Assembly: GCA_963748015.1 (NCBI GenBank)
Contig: CAVVHE010000008.1
Span: forward strand, 704,001 to 768,000
From: Terriglobia bacterium
GTDB lineage: Bacteria; Acidobacteriota; Polarisedimenticolia; Polarisedimenticolales; JAIQFR01
DNA length: 64,000 nucleotides
Direction of reading: 5' to 3'
Part shown: piece by piece, positions 9,797 to 19,222 of the stretch
How positions within the stretch are numbered: position 1 is the stretch's first letter
How the letters are laid out: the number at the start of each line of letters is the position of its first letter
Translations under genes and position numbers: made by a program
The notes under the pieces: generated by a model
The model's input: the letters and a program-made list of their open reading frames with translations, nothing else
Told to the model about the DNA's origin: nothing
Database searches by the model: none

Positions 9797-10879
9797 TCAG
9801 AAGGTGTGGGCGCCGTGCGCACCGATGGCGAACTGGAGCTGGAGCAGGAGCTCGTCGGCGGTCTCGCCGTTGGCGTAACTGCGCCTGCGAAGCTCGCCCC
9901 GGAGGCGCGAGTACTCGCTCGGGCAGAACGTCAGCAGCGCGGCCGCCCCGCTGTCGTGCAATGAGTCGTCGTCCGCGTGCTCGGAGCGCTCGAAGCGCGC
10001 CCCGACGAGCCACCGCTTCGCGAACTGGTACTCCCCCGACAGCAGCCAGCCGGTCGCGGTCGCGCTCCCCGCCGCCAGTTCCTTCCGGCTCCCGATGAGC
10101 TCCGCGCGGACCATCGCCGACCGGTACGTCGCGGTCCGGAGCGGCTTCCACCGGAGCGTCACGTCCAGCGAGGAGAGACGGGTCTTCGAGGTCTCCGTGA
10201 GCCCATTGGGGCCGAGGCCGTAGGACAGGCCGAAGTCGAGGTTCGTCGCCTCGGTGAGGTCGCTGAAGATCCTGTAGTGGCCGTTGTACGCCACTTCGCG
10301 CCGGCCCGGCGGCACCAGGAAGAGCTCGCCGGAGTCCCCGTTGAAGACCTGCAGGGTCGCCTCGGAGAAGACGTCGCCGGGGAGCGGGATCAGCTTCGCG
10401 ACGGACAGGCCGTCCCCGATCCAGCCTTCCTCTCCCCCGAGGAGATTCGCGAGCGGGAGGGGCTCGTCGGCCCAGGGCAGGACGTGGAGGTGGAGCGTGT
10501 TGATCTTGCCGAACGTCGCGCGCATGCGCCCGACCTTCACGAGGAGGCCCCAGGGGAGCGAGGTGAAGGTGGCGTATCCTTCCTCCACGTCCACCCCCTG
10601 GTCCGAGAAGGACAGGAAGATGTCGGCTCGCGCGTACGGGTCCACGACCGCCGAGAGACCCAGCTCCAGCTCGCGCAGGCTCAATGCCGGGAGGTCCTCG
10701 GTGTCGTTGGCGCCCACCACGCCGAGAAAGTCGCCGATCAGGGAGATGCTCGGGTTGAAGTAGTTCGAGCCCTGCTGCGGCACGGCCGCCGGGGGCGGAG
10801 GCGCCTGCGGCGGGTCATCCGCGAGCGCGAGTCCCGCGGCCGTCAGCAGCAGCGCGAAGATGGGAATCCGCTTGTCCAT
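9797..10879 (-). CDS. Outer-membrane beta-barrel/porin associated with metal uptake
   Basis: Signal peptide; NPSISLIGD, ELELGLSAVVDPY, C-terminal QLQFAIGAHGAHTF. Confidence 0.75.
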   Translation of the reverse strand: MDKRIPIFALLLTAAGLALADDPPQAPPPPAAVPQQGSNYFNPSISLIGDFLGVVGANDTEDLPALSLRELELGLSAVVDPYARADIFLSFSDQGVDVEEGYATFTSLPWGLLVKVGRMRATFGKINTLHLHVLPWADEPLPLANLLGGEEGWIGDGLSVAKLIPLPGDVFSEATLQVFNGDSGELFLVPPGRREVAYNGHYRIFSDLTEATNLDFGLSYGLGPNGLTETSKTRLSSLDVTLRWKPLRTATYRSAMVRAELIGSRKELAAGSATATGWLLSGEYQFAKRWLVGARFERSEHADDDSLHDSGAAALLTFCPSEYSRLRGELRRRSYANGETADELLLQLQFAIGAHGAHTF

Positions 10880-10969
10880 CCGGATGTTCCCGCTACGAGA
10901 GGACCCGAGGGGGCGCGAATCTTCATCGGATCGCGGTCGTTGCACGATGCCGTTCTCCGGAAAAAATTG

Positions 10970-10998
10970 AAACTACCCCCGTGCCCATGGGCTGTCAA
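10970..10998 (-). promoter_or_regulatory. Sigma70 promoter of the porin/SBP/permease operon
   Basis: Minus strand TTGACA-17 nt-TAGTTT. Confidence 0.6.
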
Positions 10999-11026
10999 AC
11001 GGACTGTCCCGTAGAATGGGCGGCCC

Positions 11027-11725
11027 ATGATTCGAGTACCCGCAAGATTCCCCATCCCGAGACCCCCGCAGGCGGTGCTGTTCGACATGGACGGCGTCCT
11101 GGTGGACACGTTCGACGCCTGGGTCGCGGTGCTCGACGAGTGCCGCGAGAGGCGGGGCATGGCGCCGCTCGGGCCGGGCCCGGTGCGCGCCTGCTGGGGC
11201 CAGGGGCTCAAGGCGGACTGCGAGACGCTCTTTCCGGGCGAATCGCCCGAGATCCTGGCCCGCGAGTACGACGAGGGGTTCGAGCGGCACCTCGGAAAGG
11301 TCCGGGGCGAGCACGGGGTCGGCGAGACCGTCAGGGCGCTCCGCGCCGCCGGCCTCGAGACCGCCGTCGTCACCAACAGCCCGGCGGCGCTCGCGCGCCG
11401 CATCCTCCGCCTCCTCGACCTCGAGAGCGGTTTCGACGCGGTGGCGGGCGGCGACGAGGTCCCGCGCGGCAAGCCCGACCCCGACCTCGTGACGCTCGCC
11501 CTCGACCGCCTCGGCTGCCCGCCCCGCCTCGCCGTCCTCGTCGGGGACACCCTGCTCGACGTCACCGCCTCGCGCGCCGCCTCCGTCCCCGTCGTCGGCT
11601 ACAAGCTGGATGGCGGCGACGCCCGCATCGACCGCCTCGTCGACCTGCTCCCGCTCCTCGGCGTCGCCGGGGAGGAGGGGGGAGGGCTCGAGTCCCGCCT
11701 CCGGCACTTCGCCTTCGGCTCGTGA
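11027..11725 (+). CDS. HAD superfamily hydrolase (phosphoglycolate phosphatase-like)
   Basis: FDMDGVLVDT, VVTNS, KPDPD, VGD motifs. Confidence 0.9.
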   Translation: MIRVPARFPIPRPPQAVLFDMDGVLVDTFDAWVAVLDECRERRGMAPLGPGPVRACWGQGLKADCETLFPGESPEILAREYDEGFERHLGKVRGEHGVGETVRALRAAGLETAVVTNSPAALARRILRLLDLESGFDAVAGGDEVPRGKPDPDLVTLALDRLGCPPRLAVLVGDTLLDVTASRAASVPVVGYKLDGGDARIDRLVDLLPLLGVAGEEGGGLESRLRHFAFGS

Positions 11726-11747
11726 CCGGCCCCGCGGCGGGGCCGGC

Positions 11748-11797
11748 TTGACCCCTGCCCTGCCCGCGTGGTATGAAAACTGTCACGAACGTAATAC
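11748..11797 (+). promoter_or_regulatory. nikR promoter with overlapping NikR-type operator
   Basis: TTGACC(11748)-18-TATGAA(11772); GTATGA-N15-TAATAC at 11771-11797. Confidence 0.65.
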
Positions 11798-11807
11798 CGG
11801 AGGAGCG

Positions 11808-12245
11808 ATGGAGCTCGAGCGAATCAGCCTTGCCATCGAAAAGGACCTCGTCGAGCAGTTCGACGCGCTCGTGGCCCGGGCCGGGAAGGGGAATCGTTCG
11901 GAGGCGATTCGCGACCTGATCCGGAAGCGCCTCGTGGAGGAGGAGTGGGAGCGGGGGAAGAAGGAGGCCGTCGCGACCCTCACGCTGGTCTACGATCACG
12001 GCAAGCGCGAGCTCTCCGACCGGCTCGTGGGCGCGGGACACGATCACCACCACCGGGTCCTCGCGACGTTGCACGTCCACCTGGACCACGACCTGTGCCT
12101 CGAGGTGATGGCCCTGCGCGGGAAGCCGGCGGACCTCCGCCACATCTCGGAGCATCTGATCGGCTTGAAGGGCGTCAAGCACGGTCAACTGGTGATGAGC
12201 TCGGCGAGCGTGGGAGGTCCCGAGCCGAGAGGGGGAAGGCGATGA
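11808..12245 (+). CDS. nikR: Nickel-responsive regulator NikR
   Basis: RHH N-terminus (RISLAI..NRSEAIRDLIR); HxH..C nickel site (LHVHLDHDLCLEV). Confidence 0.95.
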   Translation: MELERISLAIEKDLVEQFDALVARAGKGNRSEAIRDLIRKRLVEEEWERGKKEAVATLTLVYDHGKRELSDRLVGAGHDHHHRVLATLHVHLDHDLCLEVMALRGKPADLRHISEHLIGLKGVKHGQLVMSSASVGGPEPRGGRR

Positions 12246-12346
12246 CTCGACCCGCGGGTCTGCCGGGAGGCGTCGGGGCGGACGCCACGGCCCCGCGTTC
12301 CGGCGATGCGCCCAAGGCCGCGGCGCACTGAGGCTCGGAGGATCCG

Positions 12347-13291
12347 ATGCACATTCCCGACGGCTTCCTCGGCCCCGGTGTCGCGGTCTCGACGTGGGCG
12401 GTCGCCGGCGGGAGCATCGCGCTCGCCCTGCGCGCCGAGCGTTACGACGCCGCGCCGATGCCGGCGGGGATCCTCGGCTCGGTGGCGGCGTTCCTGTTCG
12501 CCGCGCAGATGGTGAACGTCCCCGTCGCGCCGGGCACTAGCGGTCACCTGGTCGGGGGCATGCTGGCGGCGGTGCTGCTCGGGCCTTGGCGCGCGATGCT
12601 GGCCATGGCGACCGTTCTCGCGGTGCAGGCTCTGCTCTTCCAGGACGGCGGCATCACGGCGTTCGGCGCCAACTTCATCGACATGGGGGTGGCGGGGTGT
12701 GTCGTGGGCTACGCGGTCGCCCACCTGGCGAGCCGGCGGATCCGCGGACCTCGGGGCGTCGCGGCCGGAGCGGTCCTGGGTGCGTTCGCCTCCACCGTCT
12801 GCGGGGCCGCGCTGGTGGCGGCCTGGCTGAGCCTGTCCGGCTTGTACCCGCTGCGGGGCATCCTGCCCGTGATGCTCGTGACCCACGTCGCGATCGGCCT
12901 GCTCGAGGCGGCGCTGACCGGCGCGATTCTCGTCACGATCCTGAAGTGGCGGCCGGATCTCGCGCTCGGCATCGGCGCCGCGCCCGCGGAGCGAAGGCCG
13001 ATGGCGCTCGGGGTCGGGGTCCTCGGCGTGGCGCTCCTCGTCGCCGCGTTCGTCGCGCCCTTCGCGTCGTCGCTTCCCGACGGGCTGGACAAGACCGCGC
13101 AGGCGCTCGGATTTGCCGAGCGGGCCCGCGCTCTCTGGCCCGCGCCCATGCCGGAATACGGACTCCCCTGGGCAAGGCTGGCGGTCGTGGCGCCGGCCGT
13201 GGCGGGCATCATCGGCACGCTCGCCGTGGCGATCCTGGCCTGGGCGATCAGCCGGTCCCTGGCGATCCGCGACGATGCGTCCCATCGCTAG
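12347..13291 (+). CDS. nikM: Ni/Co ECF transporter S component (NikM/CbiM + PDGLE-type domain)
   Basis: MHIPDG start, GTSGHLVGG, FQDGGITA, SSLPDGLD. Confidence 0.88.
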   Translation: MHIPDGFLGPGVAVSTWAVAGGSIALALRAERYDAAPMPAGILGSVAAFLFAAQMVNVPVAPGTSGHLVGGMLAAVLLGPWRAMLAMATVLAVQALLFQDGGITAFGANFIDMGVAGCVVGYAVAHLASRRIRGPRGVAAGAVLGAFASTVCGAALVAAWLSLSGLYPLRGILPVMLVTHVAIGLLEAALTGAILVTILKWRPDLALGIGAAPAERRPMALGVGVLGVALLVAAFVAPFASSLPDGLDKTAQALGFAERARALWPAPMPEYGLPWARLAVVAPAVAGIIGTLAVAILAWAISRSLAIRDDASHR

Positions 13292-13910
13292 GCCGGGGGC
13301 CGTCCTGGCGGCGGGGCTCCTCGTCGTCGTGTGCGCGGCGCTCTTGCCGGCCGGGCTCGACGGCCGGCGGGTTCCGGCGTCGAGCTGGATCTCCTGGACC
13401 GTCGTCCTGATCGGATCCCTCGCGGTCCTCTACGCCGCGAACGCGAGCGTCGTCAAGGCGGTGCGCGGCATGGCCTGGCTCCTGCCGACCGTCTTGCTGC
13501 TCACGCTGCCCGCGGTGGCGTTCGCCGCCGGGGGAAGGGGGGCCGGCGTCGCCCTGGCCCTCGTCCTGCGCGCGTTGACCGCCGCGACCGCGGGCCTCGC
13601 GACCGTCACCGCCCTCGGCCCGTGCGGGCTCGTTCACGGTCTCCGGTCGCTGCGCGTTCCATCGCGCCTCGTCGAGATCGTCCACGCCATGCTGGTCGGT
13701 CTCGCCGCCATCGGGCGGCAGGTCTCGGGCATGCTGCGGGCGCGCGCCGCTCGACGCACGAGCCACGCGCCGTGGTCGGCGCTGGCCGCAGCGCCGATCG
13801 AGACGCTGCGGGGTTTCGGACGCCTGATCGGCGCGCTGCTCCTGCGCTCCATCGAGCGCGCGGAGTCGCTCGAGCGGGCCCGCCGCGCCCGCGGAGGGCT
13901 CGACGCATGA
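13275..13910 (+). CDS. nikQ: ECF transporter T component (NikQ/CbiQ)
   Basis: TM protein with LLLRSIERAE..ARG motif; lies between M and O genes. Confidence 0.8.
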   Translation: MRPIARPGAVLAAGLLVVVCAALLPAGLDGRRVPASSWISWTVVLIGSLAVLYAANASVVKAVRGMAWLLPTVLLLTLPAVAFAAGGRGAGVALALVLRALTAATAGLATVTALGPCGLVHGLRSLRVPSRLVEIVHAMLVGLAAIGRQVSGMLRARAARRTSHAPWSALAAAPIETLRGFGRLIGALLLRSIERAESLERARRARGGLDA

Positions 13911-14683
13911 CGGCGCCCGCGCGACCGGTGGCGGTAGCGGTCGACCGGCTCGACTATCACTATCCCGACGGCGTCGGCGCGCTCTCCGGCGTTCGGATCT
14001 CGGTCGAGCCCGGTGAGCGGGTCGGGCTCCTCGGCCCGAACGGGGCCGGCAAGTCGACGCTCCTCCTGCACCTCGCCGCGCTGCTGCCCGAGCGCCAGCG
14101 CTACGCGCACCGGCACGCCCTCTCGGACGTCGTGCACCGCCACGACGCGGCTCCCCACGTCACGATCGACGGGATCGCGGTCTCCTCGAAGACGGTCCGC
14201 GAGATCCGCGAGCGGGTCGGGATCGTCTTCAGCGATCCGGACGACCAGCTCATCGGCCTGACGGTCCGGGAGGAGGTCGAGTTCGGTCCTCGCACCCGCC
14301 GGTGGCCCGAGGCGGAGATCGACGACGTGGTGACCGAGGCGCTCGACGCGGCCGGGCTCGCCGGCTTCGAGCACCGCTCGCCGCATCATCTCTCCGCCGG
14401 GGAGAAGCGGCGGCTTTGCATCGCGGGCGTGCTGGCGTGCCGTCCGGGGCTACTGCTCCTGGACGAGCCGTCGGGCGGGCTCGATCCGCGGGGGCGCCGG
14501 GAGCTCGGGGACCTGCTCCGGGGCCTCCGGGCAACCCAGGTCGTGGCGTCGCACGATCTCGAGTTCGTGGCGCGGCTGTGCTCGCGGGTCGTGATCCTGG
14601 ATCGAGGCTCCGTCGTCGCGCAGGGAGACACTCCGGCGATTCTCTCCGACCGGTCTCTACTGAGGCGGCACGGCCTCGAATGA
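13907..14683 (+). CDS. nikO: ECF transporter ATPase (NikO/CbiO)
   Basis: GPNGAGKST, DPDDQL, LSAGEK, LLLDEP; ATGA overlap with previous gene. Confidence 0.9.
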   Translation: MTAPARPVAVAVDRLDYHYPDGVGALSGVRISVEPGERVGLLGPNGAGKSTLLLHLAALLPERQRYAHRHALSDVVHRHDAAPHVTIDGIAVSSKTVREIRERVGIVFSDPDDQLIGLTVREEVEFGPRTRRWPEAEIDDVVTEALDAAGLAGFEHRSPHHLSAGEKRRLCIAGVLACRPGLLLLDEPSGGLDPRGRRELGDLLRGLRATQVVASHDLEFVARLCSRVVILDRGSVVAQGDTPAILSDRSLLRRHGLE

Positions 14684-14719
14684 ACCCCTGACCACGGTGA
14701 GCCGCGGAGCCGCCTCGCG

Positions 14720-16174
14720 TCAGGGTGCTGTGGTCTTGCCCGCCTGCGGCGCGGGGCGGGTCCTCGCGAGAATCCACTGCGAGATCGTGTCGAGGAATCC
14801 CGGCACGAACTCCTTCTTGAGGGTGGCGTACTCCGACACGCCGCCGGTGACGGCGGCCTGGTAGAGGTGATTGGCGCCCGCGAAGACTTTCACGGTGACG
14901 TCGGGATTCCCTCCCTTCGCGAGGGCCGCGACGATGGCCAACCGGTTCGGCTCGGCGGGGACCTGCAGGTCCTTCTCGCCGAGGAGGACGAGCACCGGGC
15001 ACTTCACCTTCTCGAGGGTCGGCGCCGGGTCGTAGTCGAGGAAGAACTTGAACCAGGGGCTCTTCGCCATCGCGAGCGGCCCCTCGATCATCATGTCCGC
15101 GTACCGGTCCGGGTCCGGGATCGTCTTCCGCTGGGCCTCGGACATCTTCGCGAAGCGCGCGAGCGCCGCGTTCTTCAAGTCGGCGCGCGCGTCCTCCCAG
15201 CCTTTCCCCGAGCGAATCGCGGCGAAGATCTTCTTCTGGATTTCCCGCTCCTGCGCGACCTCCTGCTCGGAGGAGCCCCCGGCGCGGCCGATCAGCTCGG
15301 CTTGCTCGAGGAGGATCTTCTCGCCGGTGACCCCCATGCCGGACATCAGCACGACGAACGCGACGCCGCCCTTCCTCGCCGCGACCATCGGAGCGACGAT
15401 CCCGCCCTCGCTGTGGCCGAGGAGGCCGATCCGCGCGGGATCGATCTCAGGGCGGGACTTGAGGAACGCGACGGCGGCCGCGGCGTCGCCCGCGAAGCTC
15501 TCCGTGGTCGCCCGGAGGGAACTGCCCGTGGATGCGCCGACGCCGCGGTCGTCGTAGCGGAGGACGGCGATCCCGCTCCGCGTCAGGTGGTCGGCGAGGA
15601 GCTTGAACGGCTTGAAGCCGAAGATCTCCTCGTCGCGGTTCTGCGGCCCGCTCCCCGTGATCAGGACCACGGCCGCGAAGGGGCCGCCGCTCGGAGGAAT
15701 CGTGAGGGTTCCCGCGAGCGTCGCTTCTTCCCCGTTCTTGAACTTCACCTCCTCCTGCCTGTACGGAGGAGGCGCCTCCTTCGGAGGCTCGGGCTTGGCC
15801 GCCGTGCCGCGCTTCAGGCGGAACGTTCCCTCCGCACCGGCCTGGAGGAACTTCCCGGCGATCTCGTCCCCCTTCACCTCTCCGTCGAACGTCGCGACGC
15901 CGGGACCGGCGGGCAGCTCGAAGTGGATCTTGGGCGCGTCGTAGCGGAGGCTCGAGAGAGGAAGAGCCATCGCTCCCTGGATGGGGATGTCGATGGTGGC
16001 CGCGAGGCCGCCCTGCGCGGACTGGAAGTCCACCTTGATCTCGAGGTCCACTCCCATCACGGTGATGGCTCCCTCGAAGTGGCCTGCGGGCGCGGGCTCG
16101 GCCGACGAGAGGGGCGGAGCGGCGAGCAGCAGCGCCGCGCCCAGGAGGAGCAGGACCGGACCTCGCATCTTCAT
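14720..16174 (-). CDS. Secreted alpha/beta hydrolase with N-terminal beta domain
   Basis: Signal peptide; ITGSGPQNRDE, YDDRGVG, GHSEGG, KDLQV, ANHL. Confidence 0.9.
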   Translation of the reverse strand: MKMRGPVLLLLGAALLLAAPPLSSAEPAPAGHFEGAITVMGVDLEIKVDFQSAQGGLAATIDIPIQGAMALPLSSLRYDAPKIHFELPAGPGVATFDGEVKGDEIAGKFLQAGAEGTFRLKRGTAAKPEPPKEAPPPYRQEEVKFKNGEEATLAGTLTIPPSGGPFAAVVLITGSGPQNRDEEIFGFKPFKLLADHLTRSGIAVLRYDDRGVGASTGSSLRATTESFAGDAAAAVAFLKSRPEIDPARIGLLGHSEGGIVAPMVAARKGGVAFVVLMSGMGVTGEKILLEQAELIGRAGGSSEQEVAQEREIQKKIFAAIRSGKGWEDARADLKNAALARFAKMSEAQRKTIPDPDRYADMMIEGPLAMAKSPWFKFFLDYDPAPTLEKVKCPVLVLLGEKDLQVPAEPNRLAIVAALAKGGNPDVTVKVFAGANHLYQAAVTGGVSEYATLKKEFVPGFLDTISQWILARTRPAPQAGKTTAP

Positions 16175-16207
16175 CGGTGCACTCCCTGCCGGCCGGTGCC
16201 GCCGGCG

Positions 16208-17317
16208 TCAGTTGGTCAGCGTCGCCACGATCGCGAGCAGGAGGACGAGCGCGACGAGTCCCCCCACGAGCGCGACCGCCTTCGGGTTCCCGAAGTTGAT
16301 CGTGTAGCCGATGCCGAATCGCCGCTCGACCAGGAACGAAGGGTCGTCGCGGTTCACGTAGAACATGCCGAGGACCCACTGCCGGTTGTCGGCGAGGCCG
16401 TTGGTCAGCGGGGTGTCGTTGCGCGCTTGCTCGAGCCGCGCACCCCCCTGGCCGTAGCGCAGCGCGAGGTAGATCCCGCCTCCCACCGCGTAGACGGCCA
16501 CCAGGATGGCCACGACGGGCATCGCGGAGGGCAGCCTGCGGCTCGCTCCGAGCCCGACACGGATGGATCCGACGGTGATCAGGGTCAGCATGGCGATGGC
16601 GAGGAGCGACACGCCGCACAGGTAGCGGGTCACGGCGGCGCGGAAGCGGAGCTGGGCCTCGAGCGAGGTCCGCTCGGCGGAGCGCCTCAGCGCCCTCTTC
16701 GCGTGAGCGGTGAGCCAGGCCATGCCGCCGAGGAACGTCCCGATCACCAGCACCATGATCGGCAGGAGCATCACGGTGAAGAACGACTTCGGCCGGAAGG
16801 CATCCGGCTCGCCCGAAGGGCCGAAGTGCGTCGGGATCGTGCCGGGCAGCTCCGCGTAGTGGGCCCAGGCGTACGCGATGACGAACGCGCCGCAGGCGAC
16901 CCCCGCCGCGAGCGTCAGCGCGGGAAGCCAGGCGCTCGTTCCCGGGGTCTCGAACAGCGGCGCGACGGCCGGGGGCGGGGGGCCCGGCGACGCGAGCGCC
17001 CTCGCGCGGAAGTACGCTCGGAAGTAGAGAGCCAGGAAGGCCAGGAGCTGGATGTGCACCGGCACGACGACCGCCCACGGCTCGGGGGCGGACAGCGCGA
17101 GGATCGCGCCGAGAGCGACGCAGGCGGCGAGCGAGGCGAAGATCCCCCGATTCCAGCCCCGGGTGATCGCGAGCGCCGCTTCCCCCTCGGACGTCGCCTC
17201 CCCGACGTACACGCCGAACAGCAACCCCTTGCGCACGACGCGGGGGTAGAGCAGCGCGAAGCCCCCGACCAGCAGGTTCTCGAACAGGGACACGGCCAGG
17301 AGGACCCACGGCTTCAT
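16208..17317 (-). CDS. DUF1648/DUF5808 membrane protein (SdpI-like immunity-type)
   Basis: IPTHFGPSGEPD; WVLGMFYVNRDDPSFLVERRFGIGYTINFGN. Confidence 0.85.
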   Translation of the reverse strand: MKPWVLLAVSLFENLLVGGFALLYPRVVRKGLLFGVYVGEATSEGEAALAITRGWNRGIFASLAACVALGAILALSAPEPWAVVVPVHIQLLAFLALYFRAYFRARALASPGPPPPAVAPLFETPGTSAWLPALTLAAGVACGAFVIAYAWAHYAELPGTIPTHFGPSGEPDAFRPKSFFTVMLLPIMVLVIGTFLGGMAWLTAHAKRALRRSAERTSLEAQLRFRAAVTRYLCGVSLLAIAMLTLITVGSIRVGLGASRRLPSAMPVVAILVAVYAVGGGIYLALRYGQGGARLEQARNDTPLTNGLADNRQWVLGMFYVNRDDPSFLVERRFGIGYTINFGNPKAVALVGGLVALVLLLAIVATLTN

Positions 17318-17321
17318 GGAA

Positions 17322-17729
17322 TCAACCCTCCTCCCCGGCGCGCCCGGCCGCGAGTGCCGCGATCTCGCGCTCCGCGAGCCGCCGCAGCTCGTCGGGCGGG
17401 AAGCCGGCCTGGCGCATCCTCTCCAGCACGTCGCGCAGCGCGCCCCGCAGCCGGTCCCGCGCGGCGGCGTCGGGGCGGGAGGGGGGCGCCACCACCTCCG
17501 CCCCCGAGCGGTGCCGGATCCTCACGAACCCCTCGTCCTCGAGCAGCCGGTAGGCCCGCGCCACGGTGTTGAGGTTCACGCCGAGGTCCGACGCGAGGGT
17601 CCGGACCGGGGGCAGGGACGTTCCCGGGGCCAGGCTGCCGGACGCGATCTGGGCGCGGATCTGCGTGGCGATCTGCTCGTAGACCGGCTCGTCCGAAGAC
17701 CAATCGACCGCGAGTACGGCGTCTCTCAT
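17322..17729 (-). CDS. GntR family regulator, YtrA subfamily (start at 17729 or 17738)
   Basis: PVYEQI..LPPVRTLASDLGVNLNTVARAYRLLE; short C-terminus. Confidence 0.92.
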   Translation of the reverse strand: MRDAVLAVDWSSDEPVYEQIATQIRAQIASGSLAPGTSLPPVRTLASDLGVNLNTVARAYRLLEDEGFVRIRHRSGAEVVAPPSRPDAAARDRLRGALRDVLERMRQAGFPPDELRRLAEREIAALAAGRAGEEG

Positions 17730-17736
17730 CTCGGCC

Positions 17737-17768
17737 ATCTGTATACTATTCAGTATACAGATTGTCAA
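17737..17768 (-). promoter_or_regulatory. GntR promoter with palindromic operator
   Basis: ATCTGTATACT-N4-AGTATACAGAT perfect 11-bp inverted repeat within TTGACA-17-TATACA. Confidence 0.8.
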
Positions 17769-17850
17769 GGGAGCCGGACCGGATCGTGCGGCGCGATTCT
17801 CCCGCTCGGTATCGGCAGGCCCAGCGTACCCTCCAGGGATCGTCAAATCT

Positions 17851-17870
17851 GGGTTGCCAAATCGCAACCC
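17851..17870. promoter_or_regulatory. Candidate operator upstream of the XRE-TPR gene
   Basis: GGGTTGC-N6-GCAACCC palindrome; TATTAAT -10-like box near 17912. Confidence 0.4.
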
Positions 17871-18040
17871 TGTTCTCATTTCCCGGTGGCCCCTCGAGCA
17901 CTTTGAGAGTGTATTAATGCCACCGTGATCGTCCGGCGGACCGCGGCCCGAGGCGGGCATGCGCCGGCGCCGCAAGGCGCCCCGTGCCCGCCGGGAGGGG
18001 GAGAGAGGCCGCGCGACCGGACACCGAGGATGGGGGCGCG

Positions 18041-19222
18041 GTGGAACGACAAGAACAGGAGCAGGGGAACCGCAAGTTCGGGGAGTACCTCCGCAAGGTC
18101 CGGGAGGGCCGCCGTCTCTCGCTGGATTCCGTCGAGGAAATGTCGGCGGGCTTTCCGGAGCGGGTCACCAAGTCGCACCTCTCGCGAATCGAGAACGGCC
18201 TCGCCTATCCGACGTTCACGCGCCTGTTCGCGCTGAGCCGGATCTACGGCGTGCCGATCGCGTCCATCGCCGAGCGGTTCGACCTGGCGCTCCAGAAGCA
18301 GATGGAGCCGCCGGAGGCCGTCTCGAGAACGGGGCCGGAGACGCTTCAGGAAGGGAGGACGCTGGTCCTGACCGGCCGGTACTCCGAGGCGCTCGCCCTC
18401 TTCTCGCGGGCGCTCGATGGAAGGCCCGGCCGCGCGGCCGCGGACGACGAGCCCGGCCTCACCATCGATCTGCGGCTGTTCTTCGTGGACTGCCTGGCGC
18501 ATCTCGGCCGCTACGAGTTCGCGAAGTCCGAGGTGGAGGATCTCCTCGGCCATCCCGCCCTCTCGGACAAGCAGCGCCTGATGGCCCTTCAGCTGTTCGT
18601 GATCTGCTGCTACCGCCTCGGGCGTTACACCGTGGCATTGATGGGGCTCGAGGACGTCGCGCGGCGAAAGGGGTCGGCGGACGCGCCGCCGGACGTCTGG
18701 GCGGCCCTCGAGTCGATCCGGGGCAACGTGCTCCAGTCCATGGGCCGCGTGGAGGGGGCCCTGGCGGCCCACCGTGCGGCGCTCGCGCTCTACGAGGACG
18801 CGGCGATGCGCTTCGAGGCGTGCCGGGCGCGAGTGAACCTGGGCGGTGTGCTGATGGACGCGGGTGACGCCGAGGCCGCGCGCCGGTACCTCGAGGAAGG
18901 GCTGACGGAGGCGGAGTCCTCGGGATACGACCGGCTGCGGGCCGTCGCGCTGAGCCTGCTCGTCATTCTCTCTTACCTCTCGGGGGACCACCCGGCCGCC
19001 GAGGCCTACGCGCTGCGCTCCAACGCCATAGCGAGGCCTCGGGAGTACCTGCCTATCGTCTTCCGGAATTGCTACTACCTGTGGAAGATCGCCCACGCTC
19101 GAAACGACGCCGCCGGCGTCAGGACGAACGAACGGACCCTTCGCGCCTACGTGGGTCGAATCGAGGAGCAGATGCCCGAGGTCGAAGCCTATCGTTCCCA
19201 TGCGTCGGGAGGTGAGGCATGA
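18041..19222 (+). CDS. XRE-type HTH + TPR-repeat transcriptional regulator
   Basis: FGEYLRKVREGRRLSL..KSHLSRIENG, then helical TPR-like repeats; GTG start inferred. Confidence 0.85.
   Translation: MERQEQEQGNRKFGEYLRKVREGRRLSLDSVEEMSAGFPERVTKSHLSRIENGLAYPTFTRLFALSRIYGVPIASIAERFDLALQKQMEPPEAVSRTGPETLQEGRTLVLTGRYSEALALFSRALDGRPGRAAADDEPGLTIDLRLFFVDCLAHLGRYEFAKSEVEDLLGHPALSDKQRLMALQLFVICCYRLGRYTVALMGLEDVARRKGSADAPPDVWAALESIRGNVLQSMGRVEGALAAHRAALALYEDAAMRFEACRARVNLGGVLMDAGDAEAARRYLEEGLTEAESSGYDRLRAVALSLLVILSYLSGDHPAAEAYALRSNAIARPREYLPIVFRNCYYLWKIAHARNDAAGVRTNERTLRAYVGRIEEQMPEVEAYRSHASGGEA

Noticed and set aside
12242..12331. 29-aa ORF overlapping the nikR stop
   Set aside because: Low-complexity sequence with no motif; cannot be distinguished from chance
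14867..17572. Long antisense/alternate-frame ORFs (also 5893-8259, 42314-45241, 53099-55588)
   Set aside because: Shadow ORFs of real genes in high-GC DNA, with Arg/Pro/Gly-rich translations
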